64,000 nt of DNA from the human T2T-CHM13v2.0 reference genome, Homo sapiens. A program made the translations under genes and the position numbers. The DNA lies in assembly GCF_009914755.1 (NCBI RefSeq), contig NC_060942.1; one strand, 5' to 3'. Positions within the stretch are counted from its first letter, which is position 1. Every line of letters begins with the position of its first letter. The notes under the pieces are model-generated. The model was given only the letters and a program-made list of their open reading frames with translations. It was not told where the DNA came from and made no database searches. This document shows, piece after piece, positions 1 through 14,726 of this stretch.

Positions 1-97
1 TTCCTCAGAATATGACTGTATTTTCTATCTCCAAATAGGGTCTTTAAAATGAGATCATTAGGGTGGGCCCTAACCCGTATGACTGATAATTTTATAG
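1..97 (+). mobile_element. MLT1A/B-type MaLR LTR fragment, cut by the window edge
   Basis: cctcagaatatgactgta...gggtctttaaaatgagatcattagggtgggccctaa matches the remembered MLT1 LTR interior. Confidence 0.7.
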
Positions 98-119
98 AAC
101 TACAGAATTTTAGGCTGCA

Positions 120-300
120 ATAAGCATTGTTCATCAGTGAATTGCTTATTGTAGCAAAAACTATTAAAAACTGTTGATAAAATGTAAACATCTATCAATA
201 TAGAAATAGTTAAATAAATTACGGTAGATCCTTGTAACAACATAATAAATGACAAAGCATATCTACATTCATAGGCTACATATATTCTATTTATAGTGTC
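120..300 (+). mobile_element. Old L1 (L1ME/L1MC-like) 3' fragment
   Basis: tagcaaaaact...atctatcaatatagaaatagttaaataaattacggta resembles the L1M ORF2 end/3'UTR. Confidence 0.45.
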
Positions 301-2204
301 ACATTAAGTAAGATTTAAAAAACCCATATAGGTCTATATTGCTAGTTCCAAGTTTGTTCTGTTGAATCTCCTTTTTATGTTGTTTAATAGGCACCTTAAT
401 AGGTTCTAGAGTGGATTCCAAAACTCCCTGACCTATTTTTATTATAAAAATCTCAATCTAGAGCACATTAAAAACTCCAATCTCATGTCAGATTCAACGA
501 ATCCGTCTTCTCTTTCAATGGCCAGACTTAAGGCTCTAGTGACCTGCAGTGGGGAAAGAATAGTGTTGGTTTCATTACTCCTCCCTTCCTCCCTCACTCT
601 GAAGTCAAGAGTGGACAGGGATCTGCTCTGGGAATCCTCCTCCTTTACTCTAGTTCTCTAGCTCCTGCAGTGTTTAGACACGGGTCCAGGGAGGTCTCTA
701 CAGGGGATTGTCTGGAGGCAGAAAGTCCAGTGGAGAATATTTATTTATAGCAAGAATAAGCCATTTGTTACATTGGTGAAACTGAGGCAGAGGAGGGTGG
801 AGTAGCATTCATGTGTTTATGCCACAAGCAAAAATGGCACTCTGTTCTCTCTTCCACCCTCTGGTTTGTTCCCCTGATCACCTTTCCCAGCACCTGACTT
901 TGAAGATGCTTGAATGGCCTTAATGCTCATGATTAAAATTTATAAAGAAAAATTCAACTGTGGATATAAATATTTCCCACATATCAGCAACGGGTAATTT
1001 TCTCCAAATGCTTATTTTGATTTCTGCTGGGTACAGTCCTCAGCTTATTCTCTTCATTTTTAGAATTAAATCTCTAAAGTAAAAACATTTTCTCTACTTG
1101 CAAATGCTAGTAATGGGCTGCCAGTCAGTCTAAAAAAAAAATCTACTTAGATTTCAGGGTCACAGAATCTTGCAAGAAGAAAGGCTCTGTGGGTTTTGTT
1201 CATCCCAAAGAAGAAAGAAAACGTGTGTTTAGTTTGCTCAGGGGGTCTTTGGATTACTAATCTACCATGCTGTGCATTTGAGTAGGTGGAGTTTGAGAGG
1301 GTAGGGACTCATTGAGAGCTGACTAGAGTTTAAGGCTCAACTCCTGCTGAATTATTCTTCGCGTAGTGAGTTGTTTTCATCCTATTGGGTTTGCTAGTGT
1401 CAGACTATGCAGCCTGTTATTCAGACCAAACATCAACCAAATTATTGTCTTGCCTCCTGAAGTCACTCGCAGACATAACTTTGTGGGTAACTCTGCTGCT
1501 AAGATTATTGAATTATTAAAGGCAGTGTCTCGTGGATTTCAACTTGTCCCAGAAGTGATGTGCTCACAGAGATATCCTAACATAGGAAAGGCTTGCCCTA
1601 CAATCCTATGACATATCCTAACGCCTCTCAAGGACTTAGAAGAAAATGAAAGAAAACACGGGTTAGGATGCATTGACCCACTCCCATGTGGCTTTGCTGG
1701 GCTTATAGAATGAATGTAAAAGAAAGGACTTTCAGAAATCAGAGTTTCTTCTGCATCTATGAAAGGGCCCTATGGTCAAGAATAATGAAAATTTATAATA
1801 GAGCTGAAAACCTGGGCAACTGCTCCAGAGAATTACATAGATCCCTTATAAATCTGGAGACCTGAAATAATCAAAGGTTTCCTTTTGCACCAGGAACACT
1901 CCTTCCATTGTTTTCTTTCCTCACTACCATCATCAGTAAGTTTGGGAAGCTCCCACTCTTCTGGTGAGTATTCTGGTCAGCCATCATTTTCTCTATTTTT
2001 CAGGTGTGAGACTTTGAAAAATAGCATATGACTTATACTGCTATAGCCAAAGCAAGTCAACGAATCAAACAAAGCATGTTTCTTGCTTGTCTTGATGGGT
2101 GTGCTTGTATGGGGAGACACTGGATAAAGAGTACTAGGGGAGAGGATAGAAAAGAGACTAGCTTCTTACTATAAATATTTTATGCCCTAGCTCAGAGGAT
2201 GTGG

Positions 2205-2372
2205 ACACTGGTTACACATTAGCATCACCTGGGAAGCTTTTCAAACATACCCATTCCCAGGCCACTCTCCCAAAAAGTCTGATTAAATCATCTCCAGTGG
2301 AGTTCAAGCTTTGGCATTTTAAAATTATTTTCCAGGCCATTCTTATATGCAACCAGAATTGAGAATGATTGG
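2205..2372. mobile_element. MER5A/B (hAT-Charlie) DNA transposon relic
   Basis: cacattagcatcacctgggaagctttt...attcttatatgcaaccagaattgagaa is typical of MER5. Confidence 0.65.
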
Positions 2373-3619
2373 CAGCTGGAACAATCGAGTATAAGCCTGG
2401 AGCTGAGTGTACGTGCATTTTAAAAATCACACATTAATTAATAATGGAACCTGCATAAACTTAACACATGTGTAGCAAGCTGACCAAAATAAAACAGTCC
2501 CTTTGTGTAGAATTAGATGGTGTTATTCTATTCACTCTTCTACAAAATAGAAGCTTGCTGAATTGTGAGCTCCTTGTTTTTATTATTCTCAATTTGAGTT
2601 ATTCTTGGAAGCATGATCTAGATCATTTAAAAGCACAGATCTTATCCTTAAATTTCTCAGAGTTAGACTCCCCCGTAAAATGTCTAAATATTTCAAAAGC
2701 TTTTCCCTGAAGGAGGTTTCAAGTTGAGTTTCTAAAGAAGTGAGAAACATAGATGGAATTGTAGGTTGGGAAAATTACGTGTAAGTGGAACATTGGATAT
2801 AGGAGAGTCAGGAGAAGAGAAAGTGGGGAGGAAAGGCAGAGCTAACATGCCACCCAGCCCTGTGAAGCAACCTCAGCTCTTGGGGAGGACACACCCAAGA
2901 CCTAATGGTCTTTTTAGTTTTAGAATGGATTTCAGATCATCAGTTTTAGAGCAGTCCACCTGTTCATCCTTTTGGGCACTCCTGTGACTTGACTCTACAT
3001 GATGACTGTGTGATTTGTTTAAATTTAGGCTTTAGGAAAATTAAGCCATATGTCTACAAACTTATTTCATGAAAGAATCATGAAATTCTTGCTGTTTATT
3101 TAAATGAAATTATTAAAAAGACACGTTGCGTTCACTGTAACACATTAGGAAGGCATATAAATGTATAAAGAAGAAATTTAGTTATCTTGAATTCTACCAC
3201 CCAAGATAATCATCATTAGTATTTTGTGTAGTTTTTGGCCACGAGAAAGGCAACTCATTGTGTTTTCCTTTTTCATTTACCATTTTTCTGATGGTAGCAC
3301 AGAGTTGGGAACATGACTGACATCTTCTATGTATTGAATAAATGCAGTGAAGTTTTCCTCAATGACATCAGACCATTGACACCCACCAGGTAGCTTTCAT
3401 CTCCATTTAGCTTTTTGTTTTCTTGCAGTATAGGCTTTGTATATCTTCATTAGTAGTTTGGGCCGTGAGGCTTTTCTTGCTTTCCTAGGTCAAAGAGCAA
3501 AAAGCAGAGTTTCTCAGTTTTGCTCAAGCTGAAAAAAATGGAAAGAGACTTTAAATTAGATGAAAGAAAGATGCTAAATCCATTGCACCAATGAGATTTG
3601 AATCTCTAGAGCAGCCAAC

Positions 3620-3651
3620 GTGTGTGTGTGTGCATGCGCATGTGTGTGTGT
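3620..3651. repeat. Interrupted (TG)n microsatellite
   Basis: gtgtgtgtgtgtgcatgcgcatgtgtgtgtg seen directly. Confidence 0.85.
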
Positions 3652-4095
3652 AAAATGGTGGTGGTGAAAGATAATAAAGTCTATTGTTAACCATAATCTC
3701 TAACTTTACAAAGCAATTATCATCAGCTTGGCATGATTCTCTTCCTCTTAACAACCTGGAATTTCTGGACTTTTTTAGGAATTGAAATTTGTAATGAAAA
3801 CATGAATGGATGTATTGATCTTTTGCCTGTGTTGCATTGATAGTTCGAGAAACAGGGCAAACATTCTATAAATCTAGATGCCTTCTGTTAATTTGAATGG
3901 CTATAGGCAATGTTCTCAACTCTTTTGCCCCTTTTATGTCCTTCTCCAGTCTATCCTAACAAATCTGCAATAATTCTTGCTGCCTGTTAGATTGCAAGAA
4001 CACTCAACACATTAATGGACCCTTCTTTTTCAGGGAAAAAAGTCATACTTCTCAGGTTCTGTCTCTGCCCCTAGTCTGTGCCTTCTGGCTTAGGC

Positions 4096-4305
4096 ACTGT
4101 TTCTCAACCTACACAACATTGACATTTTGATTGGAAACGTCTTTGCTGTGCAGGGCTGAGCAATGCATTGCAGGGGGTTTAGTGCCATCTCTGGCCTCTA
4201 CCCACTAGACGCCAACAGCACTCATCAAGTTGTGACAGACAAAAATGTCTTCCGATGTTGCCAAATATCCCCAGGGAAGTAAAATTGCCCCCAGTTGAAA
4301 ATGGC
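4096..4305 (+). mobile_element. MER20 (hAT-Charlie) near full length
   Basis: tttctcaacct...cattgacatttt...ctggcctctacccactagacgcca...gttgtgaca...aaaattgcccccagttgaaaa matches MER20. Confidence 0.85.
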
Positions 4306-4404
4306 TAACCTGATATTAGCACACACTGATTTTCTGTACTAATCCTCTCAGGTAACATATTTGCATTTGAGCTAATGATTTGATTTCAAATCCTTAACAT
4401 TAGG

Positions 4405-4575
4405 CTGGTTGTTCTTAGCATGGGAACTTTTGGAAACACAATCTGCTGTTAGAATCACAAACCTTCTAAAAACTATTAGGGTCCAGGCCCATGTCCAGGA
4501 AGTAGTTCTGGAATTGGGCCCAAGGAAAATTTTTTAACTCCCTAGGGAATTGTAAAGTACAACAAGGGTGAACAT
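4405..4575. mobile_element. MER5-like relic
   Basis: ttagaatcac...ggtccaggccc...gggcccaagga...tttttaactccctaggg; degenerate. Confidence 0.4.
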
Positions 4576-6157
4576 ACTTCTTGAGTGTATTTCCAAGGAT
4601 GTAGAGTTAAGCGAATGTTGCTCACGTCACATCATGGAAGTAATCATCCATTTGGAAAGCATCCTTAAGCAGCTTTACAGATCTGGCTAGGCCTTCCCCG
4701 GTGCTTTTATAAAGAGAAGTATTATGCCATTTAATAGTCAACCTTGAGGTGTATTTTTTTATTTTCTTTATTTTCTGGCAACTAGCAAATGTCACATGGA
4801 ATATGATTGGCTTACATTTCATTAGAGTACATAGTAGGTTCTTCTAAGTAATGCTATTCTTGATAAGAAAAACACTTTGAATACTTCAAACTAAAAACTT
4901 ACAAAAATGTAATTCTTAGTTATTGCTTTAATGGAAGAAAGAAACATATTTTTAAATAAAATAAAATTTAAATTATACTGGTGTATATGTGGTATATGTG
5001 TGTGTGCCTATTGTTTCATAGATAATAGCCATTAGTGATAAACAAATGTGTACATCAAGCTACAGATGACATTTTCCACTATGTAGTACGCCTAAGAGGA
5101 TTATACTTTAGAAAAGAAGACTGACCAAGGCCAATGTACCTCTTTATGAACTCAGAAAACTACCATCTTGATATACTGGGGTACCTAATTAATATAGTGT
5201 ATGTCCTGGGATTTTTGTCTGCCCAACATATATTTTCTTTTTTCTCCTGGAAATGATATGCAATTTCCTTTGAAACACATATGCCATTCTCCATGTTGCT
5301 GTGGATTATCAAACACAGTGCTCTTTCCTTTCCCGCAGTAACAGGCATGGGTGTGGAACACAAGCTGGACTAATTGTAATATGGAGTCACCTACAAAGAG
5401 ATGTGTGATGCACCTACTAATCATAAAACGTAGCCAATTACAAGCCTCCCCTGGAATTTTCTGCATTGGAAGATAAAATGTAGTTCTCAATTTCTCTTGG
5501 AATGTGAGCCAAAAATACCTAAGTCTACAACTGTCAGCAACCACCTTTGCTGGTACATGGAGAATCCCCACGTGCATTAGACAGAATGGGACCAGCAGAC
5601 ACAGGATGTAAGAGTTAGTCATGGCATTTTCAAGGAAATATTTCAGATAATAAACTGCCTCAAGAAATGTGATTCAATGAAGGGAAACTGCTTCATCATA
5701 AATTTGCAGATTCCATGTATATAGATAGTATACCTGAATTTTAGTCACAAGAAATGCCTATAATCATTTTGGTTTCCGTTTTGTGGTTACTGTCTATATA
5801 AAAGAAAAGTAGTTCAGACCAAAGCTTCCTGAAATAAAATGAAGTTTTATTTTTGTTGTGAACAGGGAAGTAGGTGATAGCAATCTGTCTTTTCCTGTGA
5901 TGTTGAATATGCTGTTATAGTGTGTCTACTTAAGTCAAAGGGGGTCAGGCATTTTGGATGTCACACTAACAAAGAATGAGTAGAGTTCCGCTTTGTGTCA
6001 TACCAGATTTAAAATAATTAGAATCATACTGTCATAGGACATTAGCAGTTTAAGGAAACTTGGAGGGCATCTTGTGCTTTGAATCTAAACCTCATGTGGG
6101 GATGAGGAGGACACATGTCATTGTGCAGAGATCAACTGAAGTAAATGGCATAGTGAA

Positions 6158-6557
6158 TGATATGGTTTGGCTGTGTCCCCACCCAAATCTCATCTTGAGT
6201 TGTAGTTCCCAATCTCATCTTGAATCTCATCTTGAATTGTAATTCCCATGTATTGTGGGAGGGACCTGGTGGAGGTAATTGAATCATAGGGGCAGTTTCC
6301 CCTTGCTATTCTTGTGGTAGTGAGTAAGTTCTCATGAGATTTCACGGTTTTATAAGGGGCTTCCCCCCTTTGCTCAGTTCTCATTCTTCTGTCTCCTGCA
6401 GCCATGTGAAGAAGGACATATTTGCTTCCCTTGCTGCCATGATTGTAAGTTTCCTGAGGCCAGCCATGCAGAACTGTGAGTCAATGAAACCTCTCTCCTT
6501 TATAAATTACCCAGTCTCGGGTATGTCTTCGTAGCAGCGTGAGAAGGGACTAATACA
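6158..6557 (+). mobile_element. THE1C/D (MaLR) solo LTR
   Basis: Starts tgatatggtttggctgtgtcccc and ends ggactaataca; perfect 5-bp TSD GTGAA at 6153-6157 and 6558-6562. Confidence 0.95.
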
Positions 6558-7263
6558 GTGAAGTTTGCAATGATTTGATTAGTTTTTTTTTAATAGACTA
6601 GAGTAGATTCAGAGTTAAAAGTTCAACATTTTCATAACTGGTTGTCAATTGATCCCACATTCCTCACAAAGTGAGCACTTATCTGTTTACAAGTCAAATA
6701 GAAATATCTATCCCATCACAGAAACCCAGAAGAAAAATAAACTTCTCTTTGTAGACAGGGGAGCACAAATAACTACATTCCAGGCTAGTGTCTTCATAGC
6801 AATATATTTTGAGAGCTTAAGATGATTGGGTGATGAGCTCTTGGCTTGAGACACAAACTAGCCCCACTTAGACGTTGTTTGAGCTCTCCTTCTTCAGATG
6901 GTTCTTCTTCCAGAGCACCACTGTTCCTGACAATCAAATGCATCTAAAGGGAAACTTGTAGCTTTCTTTGCAATAGACCAGCTTTCTCCCATTCCTGCAT
7001 TTAGATCTTATATAATCTCAATAATAGAAATCACGTTTTTTTGGTATATACCACATAATTCTGAATGAAAGTTTTCACACAGTAAGCACTAATTATTTTG
7101 CTTGTTAACTTGAAAAAAGAAAATTATGTCTAAACTATGTTAGCAATTAGAAGAAAAGATCAAGGAAAAGAAGAATTTATAAATGTATTCAAACTTAGCT
7201 CATTTGTCTTAAGCGATAAGGCAGAATGAAGATTCTCAATGTTCTTGTTTAAAATCTTCTGAG

Positions 7264-7337
7264 TCTCAACAATCAGTTGTGTGTAAATAAAATGAATGCT
7301 TCTCAACAAGCAGTTGTGTGTAAATAAAATGAATGCT
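7264..7337. repeat. 37-bp tandem duplication (2 copies, 1 mismatch)
   Basis: tctcaacaa(t/g)cagttgtgtgtaaataaaatgaatgct x2. Confidence 0.95.
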
Positions 7338-8274
7338 CCTTATTAGGAAGGGGAAAGCTTAGAGTGGGCAGTCAAACTTGTCAAAATGCATGGAAATGTG
7401 GTAAAAATGGTAAAATGGGACTTACAGGTGTAAAATTTTTGCATTAATGGCTGTTTCAAATGTCACTAAAACAAATGATTTGTGTAAATATGATAATGCT
7501 CTTTCATAAATGGGCACCTCATTAAGACCAACACGTCACCTTCTTAGCTGAGCTCAAACCACTTACCGTCTATTTTATAAGTTGATTCAAATGCTTTTCA
7601 ACCTTTCAGGGAAATTGTTTTGCATCAGAAAAATAAAAAGCCTGAAAACATGTCAATGAATCATTAGCAGTAGCATTTTCTTTTGAAAATATCAGACATA
7701 TTTTCTATAAATATCTCCACAGCCAATTTATATGTGTGTATATAAAATAAAGCAATCTTATCTCATACGTTTTACTTTATGTAGCTGTGTTCCTGAGTCA
7801 GTGCTGTTTTAGTCAAACAGAATTAAATATCTTTTTCAAGGTTCAAAGACATCATGCCATCCAAATAGAATAATCCTCTCTTTCCCAATCAAAACAAACT
7901 GTATTGTAGACATTTCAGTCATGTTACGCCCTTCTTCTTTTGAGTCAGTGGGATAGGCCATCTGAAACTCAACTGAAAGCTTGGTGGATTTTCATGTGGG
8001 GAGAGAGTAAAACATCACTGCATTGAACCTCTTCCAAACACGTAGGAACTGTCGTGGTATAGTAATGTGCTGTAAAGTTCAGAAGAGAGCAATCGCAAAA
8101 CGAAACACACAAGGATGGGAAAGAAATTGGTCTGGAAAGAATCTTTATTTTGCATAAGTGTGTTGCTTTTGGAGCCCAGCAAAGACTAAAATCAAGACAT
8201 TTTCTTTCACATTGTACCTGGCTGGGTATGCTGTGGGGCCAGCACACAGTTTAAAAAAGAGAACTGACCAATGA

Positions 8275-8646
<372 letters not shown>

Positions 8647-8919
8647 TAGATTTCAGTACATGAATAGCCATCAGTCATCCATACTGGATACTGTTTGGTA
8701 ATTGTTCATTACTTTTATTTAAAGTGTATCTGGACTCCCTGCCATATTAGAGAAGCTTATGGATGAAATCCCAAATTATATAATCAAGTAGGTGTTTTTT
8801 AATTGTTTCATTTTATTTCATAAAAGCCAGGAGTTTACAAATGCTAGGTGCACACAGCATGTCTTGACTCGCTCAACAGAGTCCATGGCCCTACCTTTCA
8901 GATTCCAGGGCATGAGCTC

Positions 8920-9100
8920 CAGAGACAGCATCCAGCCTGAGTCTACCACTTATTTCTGCCATGTCCTGGCACAGAAGTTCACAAAATGAGGATTAGTATT
9001 GCAACTATATCAGCACTGGAGTACACATTAAAGCTTATCATGTATATAAATCACTAAGCACTGTCCCTGATACATATTGAGCACTCAAAAAATAATTCCT
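8920..9100 (+). mobile_element. MIR relic
   Basis: ctaccactta...aaaatgagga...cactaagcactgtccctgatacatattgagcactcaaaaat. Confidence 0.6.
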
Positions 9101-9541
9101 ATAAATATGAGGATATTACAAAGGCACCTTTACTACTCACGTCGCTGTTCACTCCCTGAAAGTTCTCTGCATCCATCCCTGTCCACCTTGAGGCCCATTA
9201 AAACTGGTGTTTCATTCACCATTTGTAGGGGAAACAAAAAGACAGCAGGATTTAGAGATAATGTGGAAATGCCTGAAAACATGTGAAGGTTAGTCTAATA
9301 ATCAAGGAGTTTTTAAAGACTTTCCACTTTCTTTTCCCAGAAAATTCTGTAATCACAATATCTGTATTTATAATTTAGTAATAGCTCCTGTATTGAATTA
9401 CTGATGATATAATATTGGCTTGTCATTTAAACTGAACATTTGAGACATATGTGACACAGTATGACTAGAAATTAATAGGACTGAAACTGAACTTGGACAT
9501 CCCAATGCTGATTATCTTCCCTAGAGCGGTTGGATTGGAAG

Positions 9542-10010
9542 TGTGGCAGAGACCCTCTAAAACTGCCACCAATAACTCATGTCCCCTCCCTCCATACTGC
9601 AGAGCTGTTGCTGGTAACTGCTCAGGCAAGAACTATTAGGTTGATTCAAACGTAATTGCAGCTTTTGCCATTAAAAATAATGGCACTGACCTAATACATT
9701 TCTCAGACTTTTTCACTTCTGAGTAGTAAGTTTCTACAAATGGAATGTGAGTGCAAGGAATGTGTGTCAAATTCAGAACGAGGCTGAGAAGCAGCAAGTG
9801 GGTTATATACAGAGGACTGTGAGGTTCCAAGGATATCAGGGCTACAGGATGGAAGAAGCTGTGTCCGTGAATCACCCATGTGGAGAAGCCACTGGTTGAC
9901 CAGAAATGCCTGCAGTGGTGTGTTGTGTAGCAATTAATAAACTTATTTTGTGTTGAGCCACTGAGATTTTGGAGTTTTGTCACGCCAGCTTATGCTTTCA
10001 TAACTAATAT
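9542..10010 (+). mobile_element. MLT1J-like LTR interrupted by MADE1
   Basis: Start tgtggcagag; end aataaacttattttgtgttgagccactgagatttt...aactaatata. Confidence 0.7.
9636..9694. mobile_element. MADE1 (Hsmar1-derived MITE), right arm internally deleted
   Basis: TA|ttaggttgattcaaacgtaattgcagcttttgccatta...aatggcactgacctaa|TA with TA target duplication. Confidence 0.85.
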
Positions 10011-10249
10011 AAAATGTAATTCAGCTATCCCAATAATATACTCTTTCAGATATTTTGAAACTCTTCCGGGTTTGCTATCTGGGCTCTTCGGAGTCTCAGT
10101 GTAGAAAGTTTAAATGTAGAAGTTCTCAATGTATTATCAGGAATCAGTCTCATTAGTTAACCATATAGGTAATTCCAGAAAATGAAACCCTTAATAAAGT
10201 ACAACATGGCTTCATGGTATCATGCTAGAAAATCTTATCATGTTGAATC

Positions 10250-10450
10250 ACACTACTGCTCAGAAGACGTGATTTCTGATTCCAGTTCTGCTTCTTAACC
10301 TCTGTAAGCCTTGCTACCCTCGTTGTGAAATGGAGATAAAAAATGTCTGCATTGATTACTCACCAGAATTGTTGTAAGGTTCATATGAGGCAATGCATGA
10401 ACAGTATTTACAAATTGGACAAGGCTATAGAACGTAGCATAGCATTTAAG
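10250..10450 (+). mobile_element. MIR relic
   Basis: cttaacctctgtaagcc...gtgaaatggagataa...gttgtaaggttcatatgag. Confidence 0.55.
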
Positions 10451-11241
10451 AGTCTTTGTAGTTAGATGAAATTGGCCCAATATCCAAGAGACACTGTGAG
10501 TGGAACCCTGAAAGCAATATACTTTGAGGCGCTAGTGACCTAGCACTGTGTCTGGCATGTGGTCAGAGCTCATTGAACAGTAGCTACAATGACTATCATT
10601 TTGGCCTCCTAGGGTTAGAACATCAACAAGAGTTACTAATTCAGATTAGAATCATACTGATCTAGATGTCTACTGAGATAGACAGGCAGTTAGAGGAATC
10701 TTAGCCATTGACTACAATGCAACTGCAGAAGGAAGCAGTGTGGGCAAACACAGGGAGAACTGATAAGTTCTCCAGGAAGCTTATACAGTGTAGATCAGAA
10801 ATAACCAAGAAGTTGTACTTATTTCAAAAATTAATAAGAGGGTGCTATTGTGAGCTTAGGATTTTTGTTCCCGAATATATGAAAGAAATATTAACCATGA
10901 ATCTTGAATTTCCTTCATTTCCCTTTATGAAAACTAGTAGTAATTTATGATTCAGTTGTATATAAACAACAGAATGTGGCATTGCAATTGTAAATTAGCC
11001 AATTAATTTGAACCTTGTAAACCACTGAGAAGAATAATTTTGATCTCACAACATTTGTTTCTAGCAAATATAAATATGTCCCTTGCACATAATGCAGATT
11101 TACTAATTGACTGATTATTTGGGGGTCCTGTCTTCAATGATCAGATTATAACTACTATTAATTTTTTTAGATCAAGGAGCAGAACATTTAGGAAGACAAT
11201 TTATAAAAATTGTAGCAGGAAGAAATGTAGGAGGTACAAGT

Positions 11242-11495
11242 CAGTGGTTCTCAAAGTGTGGCTCTCAGACCAGCAATGTGAGCATCACTGGGGAACTTAT
11301 TAGAAATGCAAAATTTTCAAATATAAAATAAATTAGGATAAAACTGTAGGGGAATCATAATAAAAATTTGATTTCAGGTAATAAAGGAAATGATGTAAAA
11401 AAAAATGCAAAATTTCAGACCTTCCTCCAGACCTGCTGTATGTATTTAACCAGACCACTGAGTAATTCTCATACAAACTAAAGTTAGAGAATTGC
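11242..11495. mobile_element. MER5A split by a short retro-insert
   Basis: cagtggttctcaaagtgtgg...agcatcactggggaacttattagaaatgca...ctaaagttagagaa. Confidence 0.8.
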
Positions 11496-11519
11496 AGGCA
11501 TGTGCATGAAGATGAATAT

Positions 11520-11750
11520 AACTGGAGAAGAGACAGCTGGGAGTAGAGTGGTACAGGATGAGGTGGTAGAAATAGATACAGATTTGAGGGGTGTGGGACT
11601 TGAAGTTACTTAAAGCCAAATCAATATCCTAAGAGCAATGGGAAAACAGAATGGTTTAAGCATTAGGAATTTGAGTGTCACAGGATGAAATTTGCATTTT
11701 AAAAAGATCATTCTAGTTATAGTATGAAGAGTGAATTAAAGGAGGCCAAT
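11520..11750 (-). mobile_element. L2 relic
   Basis: tatcctaagagcaatggga...atttgcattttaaaaagatcattct is L2 antisense. Confidence 0.6.
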
Positions 11751-11936
11751 GTAAATATTATAATGTCAGAAGTATAACAAGGTTGCACATTTATTTATAC
11801 TGCAACTTGGAAGTGCAATGAAACCAGAGCTCCTTTATTTTATTTAAAATTGATCTGGTGGTCTTTGTGAAAATCCACCCACTTTGTAGCAAGAAAAAGA
11901 AAAATGTAAGCCAGTGATCATTTAACTACATTTTAA

Positions 11937-12244
<308 letters not shown>

Positions 12245-13169
12245 TTACATTCTAATTTCTGCCAGTTACTAAACCTTACAGTGTTTTAGAATTTACATCT
12301 TTGAAATGGGGAAAAGTTTATTTTTCTTCTTCACTGAAGTATTTTAATGATCCTATTGCATGAGAGATATAAACATGTTTTAGATAAAAATGCTACTGTT
12401 ATTTTATATTATTATTTTGTAAAAGAATGAAAACCATTAATATTAATTCCTCTAATGTCCATATAACAGTAAATGCATTTTGTTATGTCCATATTAATGT
12501 TATTCTCTATTTTAGGGTAAAAAATAGGAGTTTTGATCTTACTTTCACTTACTGTTTAACCAAAGTTTCATTTTTATTTCCAAAAAGCAAGAAGATGACA
12601 AACTGTGGGCATAGTATAGAAATATTTTTACAAAAGTCTTGGGATTTTTGTTTTTTAATGCCAGGCTACACTTTGAATGGTGAGTAAAATATCCATATGG
12701 CAATGTTAGCAAACATCCCTACTTGTTGCAAAGCATGATGGTATAATTTCCTAGTTATATTCAAATTCTTCTTTGTAAAAATATCTATATTTAAAATTCT
12801 AAAACTACCTTTCAGTGAGGTACCTCACATAATCAGATGAATAATATGGAATATGGAATTGTATAGCATTTATGTATCCTGCATGTTATCAGCAAACCAA
12901 GACAGCTGGGAGGCAAAAATTTAAAGAATTTCTGATATGGCTGAATTGGTCTCTGGAGCAGAAATGGTTTTCTATAAAATTGTTAAGAGGGAAAAGTTTA
13001 TATCTGGCTCCTCTCTTCAAATTTCTATTTTGCTGCTCCCTTCCCTGTGATTCTCCTCAGAACTGTCTCTCCCTTGAATATGTAGGGACCCATGCAAATA
13101 CTTTCTCAGGCCCCCAATCCGTATTAACAACTTGATTTTTCAAAGGTTATACATATTCAAGATGACCTT

Positions 13170-14425
<1,256 letters not shown>

Positions 14426-14492
14426 AAAAGTATTATTACAACATTCAAGAGCCTATGTAAGGGAGGGATTCTTGATGATGACTTAAAAGTGA

Positions 14493-14726
14493 CATTGGCA
14501 AACCTTTTATTTCAAGGGTCTGATAGTAAATAATTTAGGCTTTGTGAGCTTCATAAAGGCATGTCTTTATTACATATTGTATATTTAGTTAGTTACAACC
14601 CTTTAGGAATGTAAAAAATATTCCTAGCTATAGGGCTGTATACAAACAAGCAGAGGCAGATGGACTATAACTGCGAAATTATAATTTCGCTATAAAATAG
14701 CGAAAGGACTATAGTTGCAGATCTCC
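14493..14726 (+). mobile_element. MER58-family (hAT-Charlie) element
   Basis: ttggcaaacc...aagggtctgatagtaaataatttaggctttgtg...atagttgc. Confidence 0.7.

Noticed and set aside
5185-5622. 145-aa minus-strand ORF, the longest outside low-complexity DNA except L1 relics
   Set aside because: No recognisable domain or splice context; it overlaps a probable degenerate MLT1-type relic, and the length is within chance expectation.
10640-10810. Possible CR1/L3 3' relic
   Set aside because: Similarity too weak to support without a profile search.
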